Shown in pieces: positions 38,128-47,896 of a stretch of DNA of 64,000 bases (positions are counted from its first letter, which is position 1; every line of letters starts with the position of its first letter). The stretch is from a virus (lineage: Duplodnaviria > Heunggongvirae > Uroviricota > Caudoviricetes): the IMG/VR virus record IMGVR_UViG_3300033067_000531. One strand, 5' to 3'. Position numbers and translations under genes: made by a program. A model generated the notes under the pieces. It worked only from the letters and a program-made list of their open reading frames with translations. It was not told the origin of the DNA and made no database searches.

Positions 38128-38746
38128 TCCATCCTTTATTAAAGAATTTTTGTTCACGTGATGATGTGATAGCACTTGCGTTATTCCATTTCAGTGTCTT
38201 ATTCATATTCAAATCATATTGTTTCTTTGAAATATACAACTTCTGGTCACGAGAATCGAAATACGGTGTGCAATGAATAAAGTCAAACGTCTTACGAACC
38301 TCCTCTGGCATTCCGTAATGCTTGGTGATAATTTGGACACCATTCTTTAATGTGATGGCATTCTCTGTAATCAATTTGCCAGAAGGTGCATCAATCACAT
38401 CACGGTACTTGTCATTAATATCAGCTACTTCATTTTTGTATGATTCATCTTCGGTGAATAACTTGATAACTGGCAAAGCATCAACACCACTAAAGAAATA
38501 AACATCAATATCATTGACTGTATCACCACGCAGTAAAGAACCAATACAACCACCAGAGACAAACCAAGAATTATCACGGTTGACTTTTTGTGTGGTCATC
38601 CAAAAGGTTTGTAGTCTATTAATCAATTCCTGTTTGGCAGCAACAATTTTGATTTCATCAATGGGAGCAAATACAGTCATATCGCTAATCCAATTATTAG
38701 TGTAAGGCAGTGGAGTTGTTGGAGAAAGTGGCTTGTGATATTTCAT
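38114..38746 (-). CDS. Pol-beta superfamily nucleotidyltransferase-like protein
   Basis: 'SGGCIGSLLRGDTVNDIDVYF' (GG/GS...hhRG....D.D) minimal NTase motif, as in CCA-adding/poly(A) polymerase heads. Confidence 0.45.
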   Translation of the reverse strand: MKYHKPLSPTTPLPYTNNWISDMTVFAPIDEIKIVAAKQELINRLQTFWMTTQKVNRDNSWFVSGGCIGSLLRGDTVNDIDVYFFSGVDALPVIKLFTEDESYKNEVADINDKYRDVIDAPSGKLITENAITLKNGVQIITKHYGMPEEVRKTFDFIHCTPYFDSRDQKLYISKKQYDLNMNKTLKWNNASAITSSREQKFFNKGWKYGN

Positions 38747-38948
38747 TCATCATTACAATTTCGGTTAATAACTTTGTGTAGTTGTCTGGATATCCGAATT
38801 GTTGTGCCATTTTGGTCATACGTGCCAAGAATACACCAGACATAGCCAAAGGCATCAATCGGTGTTTCTCACAAAAGTCCAACGCAAAGTCATCAAACTC
38901 TGCGGCCATTACCAACAATTCTTCTTCACTAGGAATTTCTAAACTCAT
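38697..38948 (-). CDS. Hypothetical protein (83 aa)
   Basis: ORF track. Confidence 0.4.
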   Translation of the reverse strand: MSLEIPSEEELLVMAAEFDDFALDFCEKHRLMPLAMSGVFLARMTKMAQQFGYPDNYTKLLTEIVMMNEISQATFSNNSTALH

Positions 38949-38957
38949 TATATTCTT

Positions 38958-39380
38958 TCAGTAAGGCCAAGTGCCTTTTTGTGTTGGTGTCACTGCACCG
39001 GTCGGTTCAATCATTTCAATTTCCATCTCACAGTTGATAAACATTTCTGTATCACAACTGGACCATCCATGTTCTTCTAGGTCAAACACAGAATTTTCTT
39101 CAAAGAATTCTTCTAACCATTCACGTGTTTCGTCATCGCAACCATCATAATGATAGTCATCCCAACAACCATCATCACAACCAACAACCTCAGCATCATA
39201 ACCACAGTTGTAGATATCAATACCTTCTTCTAAAACTGGTGGTGTGTCATCCTCAGTCTCAACGACAAACTCACCCCAACGCCAACCTGTTTCATATGTG
39301 AATGATTGGCCGTCTTTAATCCATTCTTGATATTCAACAACAGACTTTTTAAATTTGGGTGTGACTTTCCACTTAGCCAT
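38958..39380 (-). CDS. Acidic hypothetical protein (140 aa), Cys/Asp-rich
   Basis: ORF track. Confidence 0.4.
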   Translation of the reverse strand: MAKWKVTPKFKKSVVEYQEWIKDGQSFTYETGWRWGEFVVETEDDTPPVLEEGIDIYNCGYDAEVVGCDDGCWDDYHYDGCDDETREWLEEFFEENSVFDLEEHGWSSCDTEMFINCEMEIEMIEPTGAVTPTQKGTWPY

Positions 39381-39555
39381 TTTTCTTTACTTTCTTTTTG
39401 GGTTTATCTAATGATGCAATCGCTTCTTCACATTCACGTTGCAGTGACACATCATCCCATGCAAGAATGGTACGACCATCTTCAAATTCTGTTACAGTTA
39501 AGTGTGTGCCTACGGTAATCTTAGGCCACTTCTCACTTTTCTTTTTTGTTGCCAT
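39373..39555 (-). CDS. Small protein (60 aa)
   Basis: ORF track; overlapping junctions. Confidence 0.35.
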   Translation of the reverse strand: MATKKKSEKWPKITVGTHLTVTEFEDGRTILAWDDVSLQRECEEAIASLDKPKKKVKKNG

Positions 39556-39880
39556 CTACACTCTCCTTGGAAATAGGTTCATCAATAATAAAAGGTTCTG
39601 CACGGTGATTGATAATATTACTGATTGCAATTCTAATGGCATGTAGTGGAAAGAATAACAATGCAAGTGCAACAGTTAAAATAACACCTAATGCAGCAAA
39701 TATTTTCACATACATTACAAACACAATTTCAAGTAACAGATTCCAAAATCCATTTACACCAAAACTGTTTTCATCATTCGTGCCATCATTAAATGTACGA
39801 ATGTGTTTTGAGAAAGCGGCATTCAAACCTTCACATCGAGCGGTAAGAATATCAACAAGTCCACGATACAATTCTAACAT
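39533..39880 (-). CDS. Membrane protein (115 aa)
   Basis: ORF track; 'ALGVILTVALALLFFPLHAI' TM. Confidence 0.4.
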   Translation of the reverse strand: MLELYRGLVDILTARCEGLNAAFSKHIRTFNDGTNDENSFGVNGFWNLLLEIVFVMYVKIFAALGVILTVALALLFFPLHAIRIAISNIINHRAEPFIIDEPISKESVDGNKKEK

Positions 39881-40158
39881 TATTTTGCTACCTCAAAAGT
39901 TACTTCATAACCACCTTTACGGTCGGTCCACCAATCATCTTCATCAAGCCATTCCCAGTCAATATCAACACTGTCGTTCCATGCTTTCTGGAAGATTTCT
40001 TCGAGGTCTAATTCTCCGTTCTCAAACTGGAGAAACATCAAATCAATCTCACCTTCATCTTCAATATCTGAATAGATTTCACCAAATTTCTCACGGTCAA
40101 TTTCAATACCGTAACGTTTCTCAACTTGGTGCCATTCAGATTTAATAATCTGTACCAT
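39880..40158 (-). CDS. Acidic hypothetical protein (92 aa)
   Basis: ORF track. Confidence 0.4.
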   Translation of the reverse strand: MVQIIKSEWHQVEKRYGIEIDREKFGEIYSDIEDEGEIDLMFLQFENGELDLEEIFQKAWNDSVDIDWEWLDEDDWWTDRKGGYEVTFEVAK

Positions 40159-40167
40159 ATATTTCCT

Positions 40168-40629
40168 TTAACGATAGGTTGCTTGCATCACTACTGCATT
40201 AGGCTTATTAATTGCACTAGCACGCTTAATTTTATATTCTTGATTATCCACGTCCAGTAGTTTAGTATCACTGACGGGTCGAAATTCATCCTCCGATACG
40301 GAGACCTCCTTCACAGTCTCGCCTTGTCGGCCATTCCATAGTTTTTTACATTCATACATGGAATAATCCGCTACCTCGATACAATCTTTCATGTATGCTT
40401 GGTATTCGTCAAACACTTCTTCTTTTTGCTCGGTCTTTGCTTCCTGTTTTGGTGTAACATCGGATGGTGCCACGTAAAACAACGAAGCAACCAAAATGAT
40501 AATAGAACCAGGAAGAATGTAATGCCAGAATAGGCCAATGACACCGGCGGCAACCAGTGCCAGAACTGCAAGGATAAGAATCTGGTGGGAGATACCAACA
40601 GAGGCTAGAGCGGACATTGCTGGAGACAT
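40168..40629 (-). CDS. Membrane protein (153 aa)
   Basis: ORF track; N-terminal two TM segments. Confidence 0.45.
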   Translation of the reverse strand: MSPAMSALASVGISHQILILAVLALVAAGVIGLFWHYILPGSIIILVASLFYVAPSDVTPKQEAKTEQKEEVFDEYQAYMKDCIEVADYSMYECKKLWNGRQGETVKEVSVSEDEFRPVSDTKLLDVDNQEYKIKRASAINKPNAVVMQATYR

Positions 40630-40637
40630 TTTACACC

Positions 40638-40946
40638 TCAGCGTGACAAGGTTGGAGCATACACATCACAGTGGACATCCACAGGAACTGGGACCACACC
40701 GTGAGCAGTCTTTTGTGAAAGGTATACAACCACAGGTTTCATCTTGTTGTTCACACAATCACGGGCACCTTGTACCACACCAGCACGATCCAAAGACTTT
40801 GGACCCTCATAACCTTTGATGGTAGGTGTACCACAACCAACCAATAGGATTGGTACCAGTAAAATCAAACGTTTCATAATAAAAAGTTCCTTCTCAAACG
40901 ATGGAAAGGAGTATAACACACCGACAAGGAATGGCAAGTAACACAA
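40638..40946 (-). CDS. Putative lipoprotein (102 aa)
   Basis: 'LILLVPILLVGCG' lipobox. Confidence 0.45.
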   Translation of the reverse strand: MCYLPFLVGVLYSFPSFEKELFIMKRLILLVPILLVGCGTPTIKGYEGPKSLDRAGVVQGARDCVNNKMKPVVVYLSQKTAHGVVPVPVDVHCDVYAPTLSR

Positions 40947-40951
40947 AAGTG

Positions 40952-41278
40952 TTACATATCTTTCTGGTCAATACCTACGGTACGGATCCTGTCTAAGATA
41001 TGTTTTGCTTCACCAATGTCATCCTCGTACATGATGGCTGCATACTGCAAGTCCATCTGTTCAATCATCAGTTCTGATTTTGACTTGCGGATAATCTCCA
41101 AGGCATACTCAATGTCATCCATGGATGCCTCGTCCATCCACTTATCAAAATCTTCCTGTTCCGATTTCAACAAGAAGTCTAGGTTTTTCTTGTCATGTTC
41201 GTTCATACTTTGGTTTTTACTTCTGCACCCTTGAACAATCCAGTGCAAAGAATGTTTAGACCCCAAGCCTGCAACCAT
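40952..41278 (-). CDS. Hypothetical protein (108 aa)
   Basis: ORF track. Confidence 0.4.
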   Translation of the reverse strand: MVAGLGSKHSLHWIVQGCRSKNQSMNEHDKKNLDFLLKSEQEDFDKWMDEASMDDIEYALEIIRKSKSELMIEQMDLQYAAIMYEDDIGEAKHILDRIRTVGIDQKDM

Positions 41279-41409
41279 GAAATTTCATTCACGCCGTTGA
41301 CAGCTGGTACCAAACAGGCGTTCCATAACAACCAGATTGGCAAGGACAACAATAGTCCCAAGAATACAATTAATGCAACAATACCCAAGATTTTAGTCAA
41401 TGCTTCCAT
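41203..41409 (-). CDS. Small membrane protein (68 aa)
   Basis: ORF track; overlaps neighbour, start uncertain. Confidence 0.3.
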   Translation of the reverse strand: MEALTKILGIVALIVFLGLLLSLPIWLLWNACLVPAVNGVNEISWLQAWGLNILCTGLFKGAEVKTKV

Positions 41410-41729
41410 TATTCAACCTCAATTTCTTCTTCTGTGGCCACTGGTGCAACAACTTGTGGTTTTGCTGGACCAATGTAACGACCATTCTCATTAAACTCGG
41501 TGAAGTTCACCAACTGATATGCGGCCACTTTACGACCTTCTTTAATCACTTTCACAATACCACCGTCTTTGCGGATGTTGTAAATGTTTGTACTTAAACG
41601 ATACAACACCGATTCTTGGTCGGTGCCTTTGAACACTGCCTCAATCTCCGCAGGAGATACGGGTTTACCTGACAATAAGACTGTTGCAATTTTTTCGTGG
41701 CGGTTAATTTTACCGGTATGCTTACTCAT
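41409..41729 (-). CDS. Hypothetical protein (106 aa)
   Basis: ORF track. Confidence 0.45.
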   Translation of the reverse strand: MSKHTGKINRHEKIATVLLSGKPVSPAEIEAVFKGTDQESVLYRLSTNIYNIRKDGGIVKVIKEGRKVAAYQLVNFTEFNENGRYIGPAKPQVVAPVATEEEIEVE

Positions 41730-41826
41730 AATATAGTTCCTTCTTTAAGGTTTTTTCAAAACAAAATTTATATTGATGTAATTGACTGGCTGAATGGGAT
41801 GATATGTTGCAACCCATTCAGCTTCA

Positions 41827-42975
41827 TCAAAAGGGGATTTCTTCACCAACGTTTGTTGATGTTATCACAGGTTTTTGTGGGTTTGCTTTCTCGTCAACTT
41901 TACTGTAAAGGTCCAAGAAGGCCTCTTTAGTTTCATCATCGAAACGAGCAACACACAACTTGATTGCCTTCATACGGTCTTTAAAGATATTGAAGGCCTT
42001 TGCAATGTGAACCAAACGGCGAGTAGAAATAATTTCGTCAACGCCACCTTGTTCAAAGGTTTGACGCACAATATCTGCCCACTGGGTCAAACGGTCCACA
42101 AATTCTTCATCCTGAATAAGAGGAGTCAGAATCTTTTTCTCAGTCTTTGCATCAGGATATTCCTGTTCGACTGTAATAGGGAAACGTTCCAAGAACGCAT
42201 CATCCAAAATTTGTGACAGGTACTTACCTTCTTCACTACCACGACCTTTGGTGTTAGCAGTAGCAATCACATTGAAACCTTCCTTTGGATGCACCATTTC
42301 ACCGTTCTTTTTGTTGTAGTACGGTTTGCCTTCCATGATACCCTGCAAACACATCAACTTATTAGAACCACGGTCAACTTCGTCAATCAAAAGAATAGCA
42401 CCACGTTTCATTGCGGCCAATACAGGACCATCACGGTTAACAACATTACCGTTGACGAGAGTAGGACCACCCAGTAAATCCGATTCATCAGTTTCAATAG
42501 AGATATTAACTCGGATACATTCTCGTCCGAGATTGGCACAAACCTGTTCGACCATAAGTGTCTTTCCGTTACCAGACAAGCCAGTAATGAATACGGGATA
42601 AAAATCATTAGACTTAATGATATTCCGCAAATCGTTAAAAAAACCAAAAGGGACATAATCGGGATACTTTACGGGAATAGATACATCAGATTCATCAACC
42701 AGTTTAGGTTGACGTAATGCAATCACTTGTGCGGATAAGGACATTTCTTCCTCAGGTTCAGGTTGTTTTTCAATAATTTTGGTACCAATACTAGGCAATT
42801 TGTATTGACCACGGTCGTGACGAAATTCAGATTTAGTCACCAACCAATAAGGGTAACTTAGACCCTTTTCTTCACATACATGCTCAATACCATCACGAGT
42901 GAGAATCGCTTCAACACCAAATAGTTCTTCAGCAGCTTTAATAAATGTGGTTTGGTTACGATTCAAACTCATCAT
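41827..42975 (-). CDS. cobS: CobS-like AAA+ ATPase (MoxR/CobS family)
   Basis: Walker A 'GLSGNGKT', Walker B 'LLIDEVD'; 382 aa. Confidence 0.65.
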   Translation of the reverse strand: MMSLNRNQTTFIKAAEELFGVEAILTRDGIEHVCEEKGLSYPYWLVTKSEFRHDRGQYKLPSIGTKIIEKQPEPEEEMSLSAQVIALRQPKLVDESDVSIPVKYPDYVPFGFFNDLRNIIKSNDFYPVFITGLSGNGKTLMVEQVCANLGRECIRVNISIETDESDLLGGPTLVNGNVVNRDGPVLAAMKRGAILLIDEVDRGSNKLMCLQGIMEGKPYYNKKNGEMVHPKEGFNVIATANTKGRGSEEGKYLSQILDDAFLERFPITVEQEYPDAKTEKKILTPLIQDEEFVDRLTQWADIVRQTFEQGGVDEIISTRRLVHIAKAFNIFKDRMKAIKLCVARFDDETKEAFLDLYSKVDEKANPQKPVITSTNVGEEIPF

Positions 42976-43010
42976 TTCTCCATAACAAAAATAGTATTAT
43001 ACCATATAGG

Positions 43011-43040
43011 TCAAAAAAAGGCAACCATCAGGTTGCCTCT
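43011..43040 (-). terminator. Rho-independent terminator downstream of rIIB
   Basis: Minus strand AGGCAACCTGATGGTTGCCTTTTTTTGA: 8-bp GC-rich stem, 4-nt loop, T7 run. Confidence 0.7.
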
Positions 43041-43043
43041 TTC

Positions 43044-44051
43044 TTACTTCGGTTGTGGCCAACCGTATTGACTACCAAGGTTCCTTGCCAGTGTTTCAGC
43101 AGAACGGAAGGATGGTGCTGCAACAAACTTGTATGCACGTGGACACCCGTTGTTACGGTCAAACTTACCATCGGTGTAACCTTCGTCATAGTTGTCGGTT
43201 CCATTTTGGTTGAATGAACCATCACCATTGTATCCGTTTTCATAACCACGGACATACTCACCACTACCAACCTTAGGTTCTTTTACCTTCACGCTGTTGG
43301 CGTTAGATTGCACTGGTGCAGTGAATTCAGTTGAATCTTCAGCATCCAAACCAACCTCACCAATGACTTCGTAACGGCAGCAACGACCTTTGCTGTTGTT
43401 GTAATCCACAGGGATAGAAACAACATCACGTGGGTTGATTTTCAAAATCATCACGTGGTCATCAGAATGACGGCCACTACCAAAGTTTGGAAGGTACTGC
43501 TCAGAACAGAAGTGCAAACCAGCTGAACAGGTTTGTTCCTTGTTGTCATCAACAGCATTACGTTCCATTTCACACACAGCACCAACAGAGTTATCAAAGG
43601 TGCCAGAATGAATATCTTTAAAGTCGCCACGCACTTTCTTGTAAGCAAGGAAATGGCCATCTGGTGTGATTGGCAAACTGTTCTTTTCCAAGAAACCAAA
43701 CAGTTCATTCACAGCACGGTATGATGGGTTTTGCATCAAGTTTTCCATGAACAGAACCAATGGTTCAATTGGGAAATCTTCTTGCAACATAGCAAACATA
43801 CGTTTAGACATTGCATTGTGGAACTCAGTACCTTTCCAGTACATCTTCTCACCTTTGATGGAGAGGTGACCAGAACCATAGTTCAACACCATTTGCTTAG
43901 GGTCAATGATATTCTCAACCACATCCCACTTACCATCTTTAATGGCCTGTTTCACCTTTTCATAGGTGGGATGTGTCTTACTAATTGTATGTGGTTTGTT
44001 CTTGATAACAATAGTGATATTGCTACCTTGAATCAGATAGGGATAAGACAT
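43044..44051 (-). CDS. rIIB: rIIB-like protein
   Basis: 335 aa (T4 rIIB 312 aa), immediately downstream of the rIIA homologue in the same orientation as in T4. Confidence 0.5.
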   Translation of the reverse strand: MSYPYLIQGSNITIVIKNKPHTISKTHPTYEKVKQAIKDGKWDVVENIIDPKQMVLNYGSGHLSIKGEKMYWKGTEFHNAMSKRMFAMLQEDFPIEPLVLFMENLMQNPSYRAVNELFGFLEKNSLPITPDGHFLAYKKVRGDFKDIHSGTFDNSVGAVCEMERNAVDDNKEQTCSAGLHFCSEQYLPNFGSGRHSDDHVMILKINPRDVVSIPVDYNNSKGRCCRYEVIGEVGLDAEDSTEFTAPVQSNANSVKVKEPKVGSGEYVRGYENGYNGDGSFNQNGTDNYDEGYTDGKFDRNNGCPRAYKFVAAPSFRSAETLARNLGSQYGWPQPK

Positions 44052-44068
44052 GACAATTTTCCTTTCAA

Positions 44069-46216
44069 TTAAACTTTGTCAATCAGATTAACATAATCAA
44101 TAACGTCTTTTGTATCAGCACGATAGTCCAATTTTTCAATCAGTGGGTATCGTTTTGTAATTTCATCAAACATTTTGATATACTTAGTGAGCAACACATC
44201 AAAGTCAGTGGAACCATCACCAAACATATCAGAGACGGTACGGAGACCAAAGAAGTTTTCACTCTTAGGTACATCAACAAATTCTTTCAGTGCATCACGT
44301 GCGGGACCAACATGAATATTATCAACGATTTCGGAGATATTATACTTCATAATGGCATACATGGCAAGCTTCTCGACCGCACAACCTAGGATCATCTTGT
44401 CACCCAGGTTTTGCACGAGTTCTTTGACGTAGGATTCCAAGTTAATCCAGTTGGATTTTTTCTTGATTTCCTCAATGTCACCTTTACGCACACCAAACAC
44501 TTTAATGTTCTTCAACTCAGGAATACCACAACCTTGAATCAGTTTAACGAATTCGGATGATGTATAACTTTTAACAATCTCAAATTGAGGTGAAAAACCA
44601 GACAATGGAATGTAGTAGTGGTTAACTGTATCATCAAACTCACTAGACTTGCCGGCATCACGCCACACCAAATCATGTGAAGCAGATTGCCAACGTGAAC
44701 CACCACGTTTTTCAATTTGCATGATGGTCACATCTTTACCAAGGCCGCCAGAATTAACAGCACGGTCTTTCTGACGCAAATCAGAAACCTTACGGCGTTG
44801 TGATTCTGGTGGATTGTGGAGTGCTTCATAGAAAGCATCCAACTTCATTGGCAAGGAACGGTCAATTGGTTCAACCACATACACATCGGCACTTGGACGT
44901 TTTGTCTCAGTACGCATGTGATGTTTGGAACGTTCCAATGCACCAACCTTAGTGTCGTTCTCAACAAACATAGTACGCTTCGACACATGGATATTCCATT
45001 GTGTTTCACGAATTGCATTATGGTCTTTGTCGTAACCAATGGTACGTGAAGATGGCTTCAATGTACTCATGGAAGTGTAATGTGGATCAGAGGAGAAACC
45101 ACGCAAATGAATATTCATTGCAGCGAAGTCGTCAACGTTGATTTCAAATGTATATTGGTGTGCCCATTGGTTGCCGCTCATCAATTCAAAATTGGTATCC
45201 GACACATACTTGTCAACGGCAGTTTTAAACAAACCATGGCGTTTCTTCTCATGCAAGAAGAAGGACTTTTCCCACTCGTTCTCAATCTTGTTCACTTCTT
45301 CAGCAACAAATTCAGACAAACGGCCGTTGATAGCTTCAAGTTTGCGCTTGATTGATTCAATGGTTTGTGGAATATAGGACAAACCTTCACGTGATGCTTG
45401 GAAGTCCAACTCACCAATACCAAATTCAATCACAACACCATGAGACAAGATGTGACGCAGGTCTCCCAAGGTCTTCTCAGCATTAGGCACTTCAATTGGA
45501 TACGAAATGTTGCCCATGATAGCAGCTGACGCATGGGAGTTCTTACGGATGTGAACACCAGGAATCAGGTTCTCAGTATCATATTCAATAGGAGAAATGT
45601 TAACGGACTTACCAGTGAAATTTGGCAGTTCTTTGAACCAACGGAACACATTGGCCGCTTCTTGTTCAAACTTGTAGAAATCGTTTTGGTTTTCTACAGC
45701 GAAACGAATCTCAACACCATTGTGTTCATCAGTTTCTTCGGTTGTCATCAATGCAATAGATGGTACACCTTGGTCGTTAATGAAGGCAGTGTAAATGCGT
45801 TTGTTGCCATCTTTGATGGCGGTTACTGTAAAATTTTCTGTATAAGAAAATGGAGACTTCGAACCGAGACCCAGAGCGCCAATAAAAGAGTTGCTGTTTG
45901 TCTTAGTGCTCTCAAAGTACGTTGTGTAGATGTTCGTAACTTGGTCATGGTCAAGGCCTGTACCGTAGTCACGTACAGAAAAGTAGGGTTCCAAATATGT
46001 TGGGATATGCACATCAATAGGTTTATCGGTGCCTGCTGCCACATGGGAATCCAATGCGTTACAGGACAATTCACGAATGACGGCTTTGATTTTGTTTGCG
46101 TAGAGGCCAGAGGACAGAATGTTAAATGCCTTTGCCGAATTACGAATACGGAATTCACCAATTTCGCCTACGTTGGAGAGAACCGCTTCGTTTTGGGGTG
46201 TATTGTTCAGAATCAT
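44069..46216 (-). CDS. rIIA: rIIA-like protein with GHKL (Bergerat-fold) ATPase N-domain
   Basis: 715 aa (T4 rIIA 725 aa); N-box 'IRELSCNALDS', G1 'VRDYGTGL', G2 'GALGLGSKS'. Confidence 0.65.
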   Translation of the reverse strand: MILNNTPQNEAVLSNVGEIGEFRIRNSAKAFNILSSGLYANKIKAVIRELSCNALDSHVAAGTDKPIDVHIPTYLEPYFSVRDYGTGLDHDQVTNIYTTYFESTKTNSNSFIGALGLGSKSPFSYTENFTVTAIKDGNKRIYTAFINDQGVPSIALMTTEETDEHNGVEIRFAVENQNDFYKFEQEAANVFRWFKELPNFTGKSVNISPIEYDTENLIPGVHIRKNSHASAAIMGNISYPIEVPNAEKTLGDLRHILSHGVVIEFGIGELDFQASREGLSYIPQTIESIKRKLEAINGRLSEFVAEEVNKIENEWEKSFFLHEKKRHGLFKTAVDKYVSDTNFELMSGNQWAHQYTFEINVDDFAAMNIHLRGFSSDPHYTSMSTLKPSSRTIGYDKDHNAIRETQWNIHVSKRTMFVENDTKVGALERSKHHMRTETKRPSADVYVVEPIDRSLPMKLDAFYEALHNPPESQRRKVSDLRQKDRAVNSGGLGKDVTIMQIEKRGGSRWQSASHDLVWRDAGKSSEFDDTVNHYYIPLSGFSPQFEIVKSYTSSEFVKLIQGCGIPELKNIKVFGVRKGDIEEIKKKSNWINLESYVKELVQNLGDKMILGCAVEKLAMYAIMKYNISEIVDNIHVGPARDALKEFVDVPKSENFFGLRTVSDMFGDGSTDFDVLLTKYIKMFDEITKRYPLIEKLDYRADTKDVIDYVNLIDKV

Positions 46217-46246
46217 TACAAGCCTTTTTAATCAATCAATACACGT

Positions 46247-46275
46247 ATTATACCACACTTGATGGTGTGTGGCAA
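46247..46275 (-). promoter_or_regulatory. Sigma70-type promoter (TTGCCA-N17-TGGTATAAT, extended -10) for rIIA
   Basis: Minus strand GGTTGCCACACACCATCAAGTGTGGTATAATACGTGTATTGATTGATTAAAAAGGCTTGTAATG. Confidence 0.5.
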
Positions 46276-46299
46276 CCATTGTGTTGCAGGATTACAACA

Positions 46300-46560
46300 T
46301 CACTCCAACCATCGGGAGGTCTGGTCAAAGGATTTCTCCTGTACCGTTCTATCACCAGTCACTTTGCGTGGACTGGCGCACATATGGCATTCGGGATTAC
46401 CACAGTCCATGGCGTGGTGTTTGGCAAATCGGTGTGGTTCTCGTTCCACATCCTTACGGTCCATTCCGTGTTGTATAGCAATCTTTTGTTGTTTCTTAAT
46501 TGCAGCACTTTCTTTGTGGAGGCGAGTGCTACGTTTTTCTTTTGCTTCTGGATTGCTCAT
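46300..46560 (-). CDS. Hypothetical basic His/Cys-containing protein (86 aa)
   Basis: ORF track; orientation matches neighbours; alternative plus-strand ORFs overlap. Confidence 0.35.
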   Translation of the reverse strand: MSNPEAKEKRSTRLHKESAAIKKQQKIAIQHGMDRKDVEREPHRFAKHHAMDCGNPECHMCASPRKVTGDRTVQEKSFDQTSRWLE

Positions 46561-46569
46561 ATAATCTCC

Positions 46570-46932
46570 TTATGTTACTAAATCAATCAACCATATGTAT
46601 GTCAGTGCATGAAGGTATTGGTCGAGGCCAAGTAACCACCAAAATTGTTCATGTGTGTTTGGACCCCACCTCATCCGAGCATTGAGGTTCATCTTTGCCC
46701 AGTCAATGTGATAGTGAATAAACGCATCAATGAATCCTAGGATCAAACAAGACAAAGGAGCGTACCACCAGAAACAAAGCATAGTAGCATTGCCATGCAA
46801 GGCAGCATGAAGCAAACCACCTGGATGTCCGTACTTGTCCTTGTTTGACCATTGATATTTGTTTTGCAATGGGAAGTCCACAATAAAATGTTTTGTGAAC
46901 AGTAAGGCAACTAAAAGTAATGTGTCGTTCAT
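46570..46932 (-). CDS. Membrane protein (120 aa)
   Basis: ORF track; multiple TM segments, Trp-rich. Confidence 0.45.
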   Translation of the reverse strand: MNDTLLLVALLFTKHFIVDFPLQNKYQWSNKDKYGHPGGLLHAALHGNATMLCFWWYAPLSCLILGFIDAFIHYHIDWAKMNLNARMRWGPNTHEQFWWLLGLDQYLHALTYIWLIDLVT

Positions 46933-47171
46933 TCTTCATCCTCATAAGGTAGATAACCAACAATCTCACATACTTCTTCAACCAATTCAGGTGCAGCAAC
47001 TAATGTGCTGTCCATCTGCCAGATTGATTCAACACAACCAATTTCGTGTTTCTTAATGAAATTCATGCAGGCATTCCACAATTTGGCCATCTCTTGTACA
47101 CTAGGTTCATCATTCATTTTCAACTCCGAAATGTTCTTCAATATCCCATACAGCATTCGACATTGCTTCAT
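46929..47171 (-). CDS. Hypothetical protein (80 aa)
   Basis: ORF track. Confidence 0.4.
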   Translation of the reverse strand: MKQCRMLYGILKNISELKMNDEPSVQEMAKLWNACMNFIKKHEIGCVESIWQMDSTLVAAPELVEEVCEIVGYLPYEDEE

Positions 47172-47325
47172 CCACTAACCAATCAGCATCAATGGCAGCA
47201 TCTTTACGCTTATTGACAATATCAACACAATCTTGAATAATCAACTCAGCAAACTCTTGCATACGAGGTTCACTGACCATGTGTAGTTTTGCTTTCGCAG
47301 CAAGTTCTTTAATTCGTTCATTCAT
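47110..47325 (-). CDS. Small protein, MNERIKEL...EHFGVEN paralogue family member 2
   Basis: Paralogue of 36392-36616 and 50355-50558. Confidence 0.5.
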   Translation of the reverse strand: MNERIKELAAKAKLHMVSEPRMQEFAELIIQDCVDIVNKRKDAAIDADWLVDEAMSNAVWDIEEHFGVENE

Positions 47326-47896
47326 ATTTGTTCACTCCATAAATCATTTGCATTGCATCAAACACACAATCATCAATTGGATTATGCTTGGTGATATCAA
47401 TACGAGAATCAAACCCTGGATAATCCACATCCACATAACCATCGGTTGTGTTGTATAGAAAATCAATACAGGTTCTCACATCACGCCAACGGTTGAATGG
47501 CCAAATAGGTGTAAGACCACATTGTTCTTCAATGTCATCAAGCACCAATTGATCCAAGTTACCACGTGCCCACACATAACACTTCTTGTCATTCTTTGAT
47601 TCTGCCCACTTACGCATAGATTCATAACCATCTTCAAAGATACAATCGCTCTCATGTGGAATGAATGATGCCTTCTTCACATTGTCGCATTGCTTTGCCC
47701 ACCATTCCATAGTAGACTGTCCCATTTCACGACCAAGGCGTTTGTGTTGGTCACGTACATTAAACTTTGCAAAGAATGCTTCTTCACGCAGTTGTTGTGG
47801 TGATGGTTTGTCATCAGGATTAAAATAGATTGCGGCCATAGACAGAATCACCGAATTGGATCTTTTGCCAAGTGTCTCAACATCAAAAATAAACAT
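47318..47896 (-). CDS. DEDD 3'-5' exonuclease (second DnaQ-like copy)
   Basis: 'MFIFDVETLG' Exo I, 'HNPIDDCVFDAMQ' Exo III. Confidence 0.55.
   Translation of the reverse strand: MFIFDVETLGKRSNSVILSMAAIYFNPDDKPSPQQLREEAFFAKFNVRDQHKRLGREMGQSTMEWWAKQCDNVKKASFIPHESDCIFEDGYESMRKWAESKNDKKCYVWARGNLDQLVLDDIEEQCGLTPIWPFNRWRDVRTCIDFLYNTTDGYVDVDYPGFDSRIDITKHNPIDDCVFDAMQMIYGVNKYE

Noticed and set aside
46126-46581. Plus-strand 151-aa and 101-aa ORFs opposite 46300-46560
   Set aside because: All surrounding genes are minus-strand, and these ORFs overlap the rIIA promoter and start region. The minus-strand 86-aa ORF was kept, at low confidence.
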